Source: an uncultured Gammaproteobacteria bacterium (lineage in GTDB: Bacteria; Patescibacteriota; Microgenomatia; Levybacterales; GWA1-39-11). Taken from it: a stretch of DNA of 64,000 nt. Numbering within the stretch: the first letter of the stretch is position 1; each line of letters begins with the position of its first letter. The position numbers and the translations under genes are program-made. Shown piece after piece: positions 18,924 through 26,010 of the stretch. The notes beneath the pieces are model-generated. The model was not told the origin of the DNA, ran no database searches, and was given only the letters and a program-made list of their open reading frames with translations. The stretch spans positions 18,015 through 82,014 of the forward strand of contig CAZEGF010000006.1 in NCBI GenBank assembly GCA_964511965.1. Direction: 5' to 3'.

Positions 18924-21182
18924 ATGAATATTAAAAGAATACAACAATTACTGTCACTTACATTAATACTTGTTATATTTGTAGGAAAACTTGCAGTACC
19001 AATGGCTGTTCTTGCAGAAGATGCACCAACACCTCCTGCCGCACCATCTGCTCCTAGCGCACCGTCAGCACCATCTGCACCTACACCACCGGAACACAAC
19101 GACACTCCACCACCACCGCCTGCACCAAAACCACCCGTTAAAAATGACACTCCACCATCTGCACCAACACCACCACCAGCACCATCCGGTTCCACTGACG
19201 GACCAAGTGGTAACACACCAACTCAAAATCAAGAAGTAAATCCAACTACGACATCCGGAACCGGCGGAACAAATGGGAGTGGAAATGTAGGAGATACTAC
19301 TATTGGAACCGGGGAATCAAATGCTAACGGAAGCATTACAACAACGGGAAACAATAACACCGCTGTTAATGGAGGATGCAACACGTGTGCGGGTGGGAAC
19401 GGAACATCGGTTGGAAATTCGGGTAACGGGGTAGGTTCAAACAACAGCGCAACATCAAATGATAATAATTCAGCAACGACCGGCCAACACAACAGTGCAA
19501 ATGTTGCAAACAATCTTACACTTGGTAGTAATTCGGGCAACAATAACGCTTCATTTAATGTAGGTGATTCCTCAATAACAACTCAAGATGCTAACACAAC
19601 AGGAACCGTTATAACTTCTCTTAATACAAATGTAGATGGGGTTGCGGTTGCAACATTTGATGTAGCAGATAATCACACCGGAGACATTATACTTGCTCCT
19701 GGAAATGCAACAAGCAGCTGTACAAATGGATGTGGAGCAACTAACAATACTTCAAACACGGCAAACGGGGCTAATTCAACAAATAATGCATCAAACAATT
19801 CAACGAATAACAGTATTACAGACCAATCAAATAATGCTGTAATTGGAAGTACTCTTGATCTTACTGCAAACTCAGGTGATAACCAATCAAGCTTTAACAC
19901 CGGAGGAGATTCTTCAATAACAACAGGAGACGCAAATGTATCAGCAAATGTACTCACAATGGCTAACAATAATATCGCCGGAAATGTCCTTTACAACGTT
20001 GTTAATATATATGGTAACTTGGTCGGAGATATTATCCTTCCTCAATCAACAATTGACTCGCTTCTTTGCAACACTTGCGGAGGTTCATCGACTTCAAATA
20101 ATAAAAATGGTGACAATTCAACAAATACGGCTTCAAATAACACTACAAACAATTCAACTACAAATCAAAGCAATAATGCACAAATTGACAACAACATAAA
20201 TATAAATGGAACAACGGGAAATAATGACTCAAGCTACAACACGGGAGGAAATTCTGATATTCAAACAGGAGCTTCAAATGTTGTTGCAAATGTACTTAAC
20301 GTCGCAAATACTAATATTGATGGAGGAACATGGTGGTTGGTTATTGTTAACCAAGCTGGAAAATGGATTGGAAAGATTGTCGGATCACCTGACGGAGCTA
20401 ACATGGCTGGAAGTGCCGGAACAGAATTTGAAGTAGATCCAATAACAGGTGAAGTAACAGCAGTTGGTGCAAACACTTCAAATAGTGGAAATGGCGACAA
20501 TACAACAAATACAGCTTCAAACAACACTACAAATAACTCAACAACAACTCAAAGTAATGACGCTAAAATACAAAACAACTTAAATCTAACGGCAAACACA
20601 GGTGGTAATGCAACAAACTTTAATACTGGTGGAAATTCAAATATCAAAACAGGAGATGTTAATGTCATTGCAAATCTAGTCAACTTCGTCAACAACAACA
20701 TAACCGGAGGCGGTAAATTAGTTGTCACGGTTGTTAATGTATTTGGTAGCTGGATTGGAGACTTCGTAGCACCCGGACAACAAAAACAGGCACATAATAC
20801 TACTTCAGGAAGTTCAAACGGTGGAGGGTCAAATAACAACAATAATAATGGAAACTCAAATTCTGGAGGATCATCTATAGTATCCGGAGCTAAAGGAAAT
20901 GCTTTGATAACTGCAAATGTTGATAATTCCGGTAACACAAACACTTATGGCGCAGGAAGCGTTGAAGGTGCAAATACAACCGGCGGATCTACCCACAATG
21001 AGGCTACTGTTGCAAAAAGCGTAGGGCAAGACGGTTCTGCGACAGTAGCTAAAAAAACAATCGCAATAAATCTCGCATGGTTACTCCTTGCGCTTCCATT
21101 GTTTGGGATCGCAATGATTGCTAAAAAATCTTTTGTTCCTGTCCGAACACTCGCGATACGGGGAATACATCTCTTCTTGTGA
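18924..21182 (+). CDS. large secreted Asn/Thr/Gly-rich repeat protein with a Pro-rich stalk and C-terminal TM anchor
   Basis: Signal peptide, an (APS)n/PPPP linker, then about 130-aa repeats (..CNTCGG...NTGGNS.I.TGDANV.ANV..VGDIILP). C-terminal hydrophobic helix followed by KK. Confidence 0.7.
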   Translation: MNIKRIQQLLSLTLILVIFVGKLAVPMAVLAEDAPTPPAAPSAPSAPSAPSAPTPPEHNDTPPPPPAPKPPVKNDTPPSAPTPPPAPSGSTDGPSGNTPTQNQEVNPTTTSGTGGTNGSGNVGDTTIGTGESNANGSITTTGNNNTAVNGGCNTCAGGNGTSVGNSGNGVGSNNSATSNDNNSATTGQHNSANVANNLTLGSNSGNNNASFNVGDSSITTQDANTTGTVITSLNTNVDGVAVATFDVADNHTGDIILAPGNATSSCTNGCGATNNTSNTANGANSTNNASNNSTNNSITDQSNNAVIGSTLDLTANSGDNQSSFNTGGDSSITTGDANVSANVLTMANNNIAGNVLYNVVNIYGNLVGDIILPQSTIDSLLCNTCGGSSTSNNKNGDNSTNTASNNTTNNSTTNQSNNAQIDNNININGTTGNNDSSYNTGGNSDIQTGASNVVANVLNVANTNIDGGTWWLVIVNQAGKWIGKIVGSPDGANMAGSAGTEFEVDPITGEVTAVGANTSNSGNGDNTTNTASNNTTNNSTTTQSNDAKIQNNLNLTANTGGNATNFNTGGNSNIKTGDVNVIANLVNFVNNNITGGGKLVVTVVNVFGSWIGDFVAPGQQKQAHNTTSGSSNGGGSNNNNNNGNSNSGGSSIVSGAKGNALITANVDNSGNTNTYGAGSVEGANTTGGSTHNEATVAKSVGQDGSATVAKKTIAINLAWLLLALPLFGIAMIAKKSFVPVRTLAIRGIHLFL

Positions 21183-22288
21183 TACGAAAGGCGGTTATTT
21201 TCATAATCTGCCTCATTGCAAACCTCACATTAACCAATCATGTAAAAGCCGATGAGATTGTCGTTAATGTCAACGGAAACGGATCCGGATCAACTAATCA
21301 AGTACAAGTCACTTCTCAAAATACTACCCAAGTTAGTCAAAATAATGATGCAAGTGTAACAAATAATACGACTTCAAATGCAAATACCGGCAACAATAAC
21401 GCCTCAAATAATACCAATGGGAGTGCGACAATTTCAACAGGAGATGCCACTTCATCAACTGCCGTTAACAATCAAAATATTAATTCAAATGCTGCAGATA
21501 CTAATTGTGGATGCCAAAGTAGCTCTTCAGTTACAGTTTCAGGTAACGGAGCAGGTTCTAATAATTATGTAAATGGCTCAAATTCAAATTCTGCCTCCGT
21601 TAACCAAACAAATAATGCATCAATTCAAAATAACGCAACTACAAACGCCAATACCGGCTACAATGAAGCTTCTTACAATGGTAACGGTTCTACATTTATT
21701 ATGACTGGAAGCATTTACTCAACGACAAAAATAAACAACAAAAATATTAATAACAGCGCATACTTTGGTGCAACAGGTCTTGAGAGTAGCTTTTTATCTA
21801 TTTCCGGAAATGGGGACGGATCAGACAACTTAGTAGCATTTACCAACAACGTTAGCGTAGTTGTAACTAATACAAATGTAGCAACAATTAATAATAATGT
21901 AGAAAATAATTTAAATACTGGAGGAAATAAAACTCTTGGAAATTTGGGTGATGTAGCTATAGTAACCGGGGGGATCATAAATGATGTAACGGTTAATAAC
22001 GAAAATATAAATAGCAGTTTTGTAGAAGTTGTATGTGGTTGTAAAACTCCGGAATCACCGGAGCACCCAAATCCTCCATCCACTTCAACACCGGGAAGTT
22101 CAATTGTTCAGGGGTCAAGCGGTAGCTCAAGTTCAGGATCATCAAATGGAACCCCAGGAAATGTTCTTCCAGTTACCGGAAGTTCTATTCCATGGTCACT
22201 TTTTGCAACACTTGTGTTATTCTTCATGTTCCTTTCAGGGCTGTATCTGCGTTTCCATGGGGCTAATGCACCTCCATCAAGAGTTTAG
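21179..22288 (+). CDS. LPXTG-anchored Asn/Thr-rich repeat surface protein
   Basis: Signal peptide and three family repeats ending in NCGC/VCGC. The C-terminus is LPVTG, then a hydrophobic helix, then a basic tail (LYLRFHG): a sortase sorting signal. Confidence 0.75.
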   Translation: MIRKAVIFIICLIANLTLTNHVKADEIVVNVNGNGSGSTNQVQVTSQNTTQVSQNNDASVTNNTTSNANTGNNNASNNTNGSATISTGDATSSTAVNNQNINSNAADTNCGCQSSSSVTVSGNGAGSNNYVNGSNSNSASVNQTNNASIQNNATTNANTGYNEASYNGNGSTFIMTGSIYSTTKINNKNINNSAYFGATGLESSFLSISGNGDGSDNLVAFTNNVSVVVTNTNVATINNNVENNLNTGGNKTLGNLGDVAIVTGGIINDVTVNNENINSSFVEVVCGCKTPESPEHPNPPSTSTPGSSIVQGSSGSSSSGSSNGTPGNVLPVTGSSIPWSLFATLVLFFMFLSGLYLRFHGANAPPSRV

Positions 22289-22303
22289 AGTAGCCTTAAC
22301 CCT

Positions 22304-22325
22304 AAAACCCCGGAAGGGGTTTTTT
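22304..22325 (+). terminator. rho-independent terminator AAAACCCC-ggaa-GGGGTTTTTT
   Basis: Perfect 8-bp stem, GGAA tetraloop, T6 tail. Lies 16 nt after the stop of the LPXTG gene. Confidence 0.75.
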
Positions 22326-22344
22326 GATGGTAAACTTCTCTCTC

Positions 22345-22387
22345 TGTCATTGTGAGGAGTCCTGCGAAGTAGGACGACGAAGCAATC
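22345..22387 (+). repeat. GIY-YIG-associated repeat copy with a 16-bp internal insertion; inverted partner of 22695-22721
   Basis: TGTCATTGtGAGgagtcctgcgaagtaggacgaCGAAGCAATC. Abuts the GIY-YIG stop codon. Confidence 0.65.
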
Positions 22388-22722
22388 TAAAGTAATTCAT
22401 CATACAAATCTTTCCAATCTTTATTTTTTGTTTCAATCAAATCAATTTTTTTCTTTCTTGACCCTCCCATTATCTGTTTTTCCCGACTAATAGCTTCGTA
22501 TGGGGTCTGGAAAATTTCAAAATATACCAGCTTATGCACATTGTATTTAGAAGTAAAACTTTCAACAGCGCTATTTTTATGTTGCCAAACACGTCTTATC
22601 AAATCTTCAGTTACTCCCGTATATAAAACTTTATTGTTAAAGTTTGTAAGAATGTAAACATAATACTGTTTGTTTCTCACCAATATAGTATAAAGATTGC
22701 TTCGCTTCGCTCGCAATGACAT
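22387..22722 (-). CDS. GIY-YIG nuclease family protein
   Basis: YYVYILTNFNNKVLYTGVTEDLIRRVWQHKN is the GIY-YIG core, about 110 aa. The N-terminus (MSLRAKRSNL) is encoded by the repeat. An alternative start lies at 22743. Confidence 0.8.
   Translation of the reverse strand: MSLRAKRSNLYTILVRNKQYYVYILTNFNNKVLYTGVTEDLIRRVWQHKNSAVESFTSKYNVHKLVYFEIFQTPYEAISREKQIMGGSRKKKIDLIETKNKDWKDLYDELL
22695..22721 (-). repeat. GIY-YIG-associated repeat (reverse orientation; its reverse complement is TGTCATTGCGAGCGAAGCGAAGCAATC)
   Basis: Forms the 5' end of the GIY-YIG ORF and the upstream region of the sortase gene. Inverted relative to 22345-22387. Confidence 0.7.
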
Positions 22723-22744
22723 ATTGCGTGCTACAATACACAAA

Positions 22745-23302
22745 ATGAAACGAAATCTTCAAAAATGGGTTGGAAACATTTTGATCGCAATTTCCTTGCT
22801 GGGGCTTCTTTTCATTTATTACCCGGTTCTTAAGGAGTTTTTCTTTCCGCCTCATTTTACCGAAGCACAGAAAAAAAGCATTGGGTTTTCTATTGAAATC
22901 CCATCAATTAAAGTGTTCTCCCCGGTTATTGCCAATGTTGATCCATTCAACCAGCAAGAATATATTGAAAAGCTTAAAAATGGGGTAGCCCAGGCCAAAG
23001 GAACCAGTCTTCCCGGTCAAAAAGGTACTATATATATGTTCGCTCACTCATCAGATGTGCCATGGAGGATAACACGTTATAACACAGCATTTTTTAAATT
23101 AGATTTTGTTAAAAAGGGGGATAGGATCGTTTTGAGATATGAGGGTAAAGAGTATCGATATATGATTTATGATAAGAAGACTGTCTGGCCATCAGACACA
23201 AAATATTTGAAAGAAAATCAGGGGAATATATTGATTTTGCAAACGTGCACTCCGGTTGGAACTGCACTACAAAGACTATTAGTTTTTGCAAAGCCTAGTT
23301 AA
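22745..23302 (+). CDS. sortase family transpeptidase
   Basis: N-terminal TM, a His in MFAHSSD, and the catalytic LILQTCTPVG (TLxTC) motif. Adjacent to the LPVTG protein. The ORF-track start at 22697 reads through the repeat, so the ATG at 22745 is preferred. Confidence 0.8.
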   Translation: MKRNLQKWVGNILIAISLLGLLFIYYPVLKEFFFPPHFTEAQKKSIGFSIEIPSIKVFSPVIANVDPFNQQEYIEKLKNGVAQAKGTSLPGQKGTIYMFAHSSDVPWRITRYNTAFFKLDFVKKGDRIVLRYEGKEYRYMIYDKKTVWPSDTKYLKENQGNILILQTCTPVGTALQRLLVFAKPS

Positions 23303-23365
23303 TGATTAATGGTTGATGCTTGATGGTTAATTAACTATTAGTCATTTATCATTAGCGATAAATGT
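23300..23365. repeat. AT-rich imperfect palindromic TGATG-rich element directly after a stop codon (family member 1)
   Basis: TAATGATTAATGGTTGATGCTTGATGGTTAAT ... TTAACTATTAGTCATTTATCATTA. The arms are approximate reverse complements. Confidence 0.5.
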
Positions 23366-23439
23366 AGTGTATGGGGGAAGAACGGAAAACAAACTTTTCG
23401 GTTTGCTCAATTCTCCCCCCGGGTACACCTTGTCGGCGG

Positions 23440-23739
23440 TTAAGCTGTCACATTCTGTTCTTGCCGTATCAGGTCCTTGAGGGCTTCGGAGAACTCCGGT
23501 AAGTCTTGAATTGGCATTTCCCGAACGTATTCGATGGCGTTGTTAATGTCATCGATGGCCGCGTTAATGCAAGACAAAACCCATTTCCGCCTCTCTTCAG
23601 CCGAAGTTCCAGTTGGCAGAGGAGTGCCGTGGGGGGTGGCGAGGACGCGTTGGCTGTGAAGGACGTTGCTTGCCCCTTTGATTCGCGCCGCCGCGTGATC
23701 GAGTCTTTCCCACGCGTTGATGGTTTTGATCGAAGTCAC
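23440..23739 (-). CDS. hypothetical small protein (MTSIK family, GC-rich island)
   Basis: GTG start with a GAGGAGG SD 6 nt upstream. Paralogous to the 23791..24192 gene (shared MTSIKxxNA N-terminus and a W.L..NA.DD...A.E C-half). High-GC codon usage. Confidence 0.5.
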   Translation of the reverse strand: MTSIKTINAWERLDHAAARIKGASNVLHSQRVLATPHGTPLPTGTSAEERRKWVLSCINAAIDDINNAIEYVREMPIQDLPEFSEALKDLIRQEQNVTA

Positions 23740-23790
23740 TTTTTGCCTCCTCAGGCTTGCCCCTTCTACGGGGCGGAATTGGGACGAAAC

Positions 23791-24192
23791 CTAGTTCCCG
23801 TCAGATGGCGGGTTCGTGATTTCGTAGGTCTGCAGCTTGCTAGCTGGTTTCACTTGCGCAAGGCGAAAGGCTTCCGCGACTGTGCTGACACCGACGATTT
23901 GGAGTGGTCTGCGATTCCGTTGGCTGATCATGCTTTTCACCTCTTCAGAGAGAGGCGGGACTTCGCCGTCCGGGATGGACTTTATGTGTTCCATAGCGAC
24001 CCGAAGGTCGTCCATGGCGTTCATCAGGCCCAACATGAGCCATGTCCGGCTTCCGTCGGGCGTGTCGCTACCTGGGAGATCCCCAAGCTGCGATGCGATC
24101 AGGTTGGATTCCAGGGCATCGTAGATTTCACTGGCCCTGGCATTGCCTTGCCTGATCCTGTCCATTGCGTTGGTTGCTTTGATAGATGTCAC
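23791..24192 (-). CDS. hypothetical small protein (MTSIK family paralog, GC-rich island)
   Basis: GTG start with a GAGGAGG SD. Paralog of the 23440..23739 gene. Confidence 0.5.
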   Translation of the reverse strand: MTSIKATNAMDRIRQGNARASEIYDALESNLIASQLGDLPGSDTPDGSRTWLMLGLMNAMDDLRVAMEHIKSIPDGEVPPLSEEVKSMISQRNRRPLQIVGVSTVAEAFRLAQVKPASKLQTYEITNPPSDGN

Positions 24193-24447
24193 TTGTTGCC
24201 TCCTCAGGCTTGCCCCACTTAAATGGGAATGGTCGTAATTGTCACCGGTTACAGCCGGGTGAGAAATATGGTCGTAAGGATCAAGCCCAGGATCAGAAAC
24301 GCTAAACGCGCACCACCTCCTAGTTCCTTGATCATAGAGTTGAGAATTAGGAACACTCCCAACAAGCCAATGAACCAGGTATAAATGGTTGCCTCCTCAG
24401 GCCGATTTGGCCGCGTTGTACGCGGTATAGATCGTGAATTCAGATGT

Positions 24448-24789
24448 TTAGGGCTGTTGAGAAGACTCTCCCTCAGAAGGTACTTTTCCGAGTGATTGGG
24501 CTATGATGTAGATTTGCAACTTGCTCCTGCCTTCAGCATTACGCTTCAGGACTTCCGGCATGAGGACAATGTCCTCTTCGTTGGGGTCAATCAACTCAAT
24601 TTCGGCAAGCCGCCCGTGCAATTGCGCGTACAGCTTGGCTTTGAAGTTGTAAAGCCCCATCAGATCCGCTTTTGACATTGAGAGTACTGCTTCAGCAGTC
24701 TTGACGCCGTTTCGCATCAGGTTGTTGTAGACGCGATTTGTGAAACCGATCACACTTAAAGGAGTTTCCCCCTCAAGATGGATTGCCAT
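24448..24789 (-). CDS. hypothetical helix-hairpin-helix DNA-binding protein (RNAP alpha-CTD-like)
   Basis: LSVIGFTNRVYNNLMRNGVKTAEAVLSMSKADLMGLYNFKAKLYAQL resembles an HhH/alpha-CTD fold. ATG start with a GAGGAGG SD. High GC. Confidence 0.4.
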   Translation of the reverse strand: MAIHLEGETPLSVIGFTNRVYNNLMRNGVKTAEAVLSMSKADLMGLYNFKAKLYAQLHGRLAEIELIDPNEEDIVLMPEVLKRNAEGRSKLQIYIIAQSLGKVPSEGESSQQP

Positions 24790-24820
24790 GAACTTGTCCT
24801 CCTCAGGCGTTTTTGATTAA

Positions 24821-24867
24821 GTTTTCGCTCGCACAACCTCGTCAGACGGGGCTCTGCGAGCGAAAAC
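24821..24867. promoter_or_regulatory. 13-bp perfect inverted repeat with a 21-bp spacer (GTTTTCGCTCGCA-N21-TGCGAGCGAAAAC); candidate operator or recombination site
   Basis: Lies upstream of the first island gene on the minus strand. No U-tract on either strand, so it is unlikely to be a terminator. Confidence 0.4.
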
Positions 24868-24999
24868 TTGTTACAAGAATGTGATTTCAAGGTGCTCATT
24901 TTTTCCCAAACCCGCGAGTTTTGAGCTTATCAAAACATTAAGGAGAAGAATAAAAAATGTGGGAATATTATAAGACTGTACAGAGTTGAAGTCAAAAAC

Positions 25000-25025
25000 A
25001 AACCCCCTTGTGTCCAAGGGGGTTT
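25000..25025 (-). terminator. rho-independent terminator (AAACCCCCTTG-tgtc-CAAGGGGGTTT); the T-tract is on the minus strand
   Basis: Perfect 11-bp stem. Minus-strand tail TTTGTTTTTG. About 30 nt downstream of the stop of the 25051 gene. Confidence 0.7.
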
Positions 25026-25050
25026 GAATTGGAATCCGCCAGTTGGCGAA

Positions 25051-25650
25051 CTAGTTAGTGTTTGTAGATCCACCAACTTCTACTCCAACTGAGTTTGATG
25101 CTGGATTAGTGGTAACTGTGTTACCTCCTCCAACATTAAAACTTTGGCTGTTTCCACCTGTATTGGCACTAGACCATACATTTGTATTTACCGCAGTTGT
25201 ATTTGTTTGACTAACAACCGTAGAATTGCTGTTAATCACTACAGCTTTTGACGAGCTAAATGCTCCTCCACCTGTGACGGTTACTGTATTTGAGTTACTA
25301 TCACAACCACAATTTGATGTGTTTGTGTTAGTTCCTCCTGTGACTGATACACCAACGATGTTGGTAGCAGCGCCTGTGGTGATGCTGTTTGAACCACCAT
25401 TTCCTACATTAAAGCTTTGTTTGTTTTTACCGGTATTAGCGGACAAACCAGCCCATGTATTTACAGCGGTTGTATTATCTTGAACAGTAGTTGATGATGA
25501 AATGTTTTTAACTATAGCTTTTGTGTAGCTAAAAGAACCATTTCCGGTAACAGTAACAGTATTTGTTGCTGCAAATGATGCTGGGGCTACTACGCTCACC
25601 ATCATTGTACCGATTGCAACTGCTGATGCGATTTTTTGTTTGATATTCAT
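25051..25650 (-). CDS. secreted Asn/Thr-rich repeat protein (2 repeats, each ending in NCGCDSNSN)
   Basis: Signal peptide MNIKQKIASAVAIGTMMVSVVAPASFA. Same family as 17537-22288. Its 5' UTR AAGGAGGTGAAATATATG is identical to that of the 17537 gene. Confidence 0.65.
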   Translation of the reverse strand: MNIKQKIASAVAIGTMMVSVVAPASFAATNTVTVTGNGSFSYTKAIVKNISSSTTVQDNTTAVNTWAGLSANTGKNKQSFNVGNGGSNSITTGAATNIVGVSVTGGTNTNTSNCGCDSNSNTVTVTGGGAFSSSKAVVINSNSTVVSQTNTTAVNTNVWSSANTGGNSQSFNVGGGNTVTTNPASNSVGVEVGGSTNTN

Positions 25651-25926
25651 ATATTTCACCTCCTTTTTATTGGGATACTCCTGCCGAACCGAATGATGAA
25701 AAAAACCACAAAAAAATCCCTCGATAAACTCAGGATTTTAATTTTTGGCAGTTTATATTCATATCAGGCAGGTCAAAAGGAAATGAATTCAGGGTTCTAA
25801 GGGGCAACGTAGAACGTTAATGTTAGTTATTATATGCTAGTGTCCAGCAGGTCTGTCAAGACTAACAATCTATATATTTATATTATCAAAGATATCATCT
25901 TATATTTATTTTTTGAGGTCGCTTCC

Positions 25927-25956
25927 TTGACTTTGTAGCTTATCATCTGTTAAAAT
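25927..25956 (+). promoter_or_regulatory. sigma70-like promoter TTGACT-N18-TAAAAT upstream of nusA
   Basis: ccTTGACTttgtagcttatcatctgtTAAAATcaacc. Confidence 0.4.
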
Positions 25957-25977
25957 CAACCTAACAAACAACAGAAG

Positions 25978-26004
25978 TGGTGGGAGTTCCCCACCATTTT
26001 TTTT
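25978..26004 (+). terminator. hairpin followed by T8 inside the nusA leader; its T-tract ends 6 nt before the ATG (possible attenuator)
   Basis: TGGTGGG-agttc-CCCACCA then TTTTTTTT cgcaat ATG. Confidence 0.5.
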
Positions 26005-26010
26005 CGCAAT

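Noticed and set aside
22697-22744. ORF-track start of the sortase 1 gene (MLRFARNDILRATIHK)
   Set aside because: This stretch is the translated inverted repeat shared with the GIY-YIG 5' end. The ATG at 22745, followed by the TM anchor, is the more plausible start.
23506-24222. 238-aa plus-strand ORF, and 23837-24124, spanning the GC island
   Set aside because: GC-rich DNA produces long spurious ORFs. The real genes are on the minus strand, each with a GAGGAGG SD and a start codon. This ORF has neither and spans two of them.
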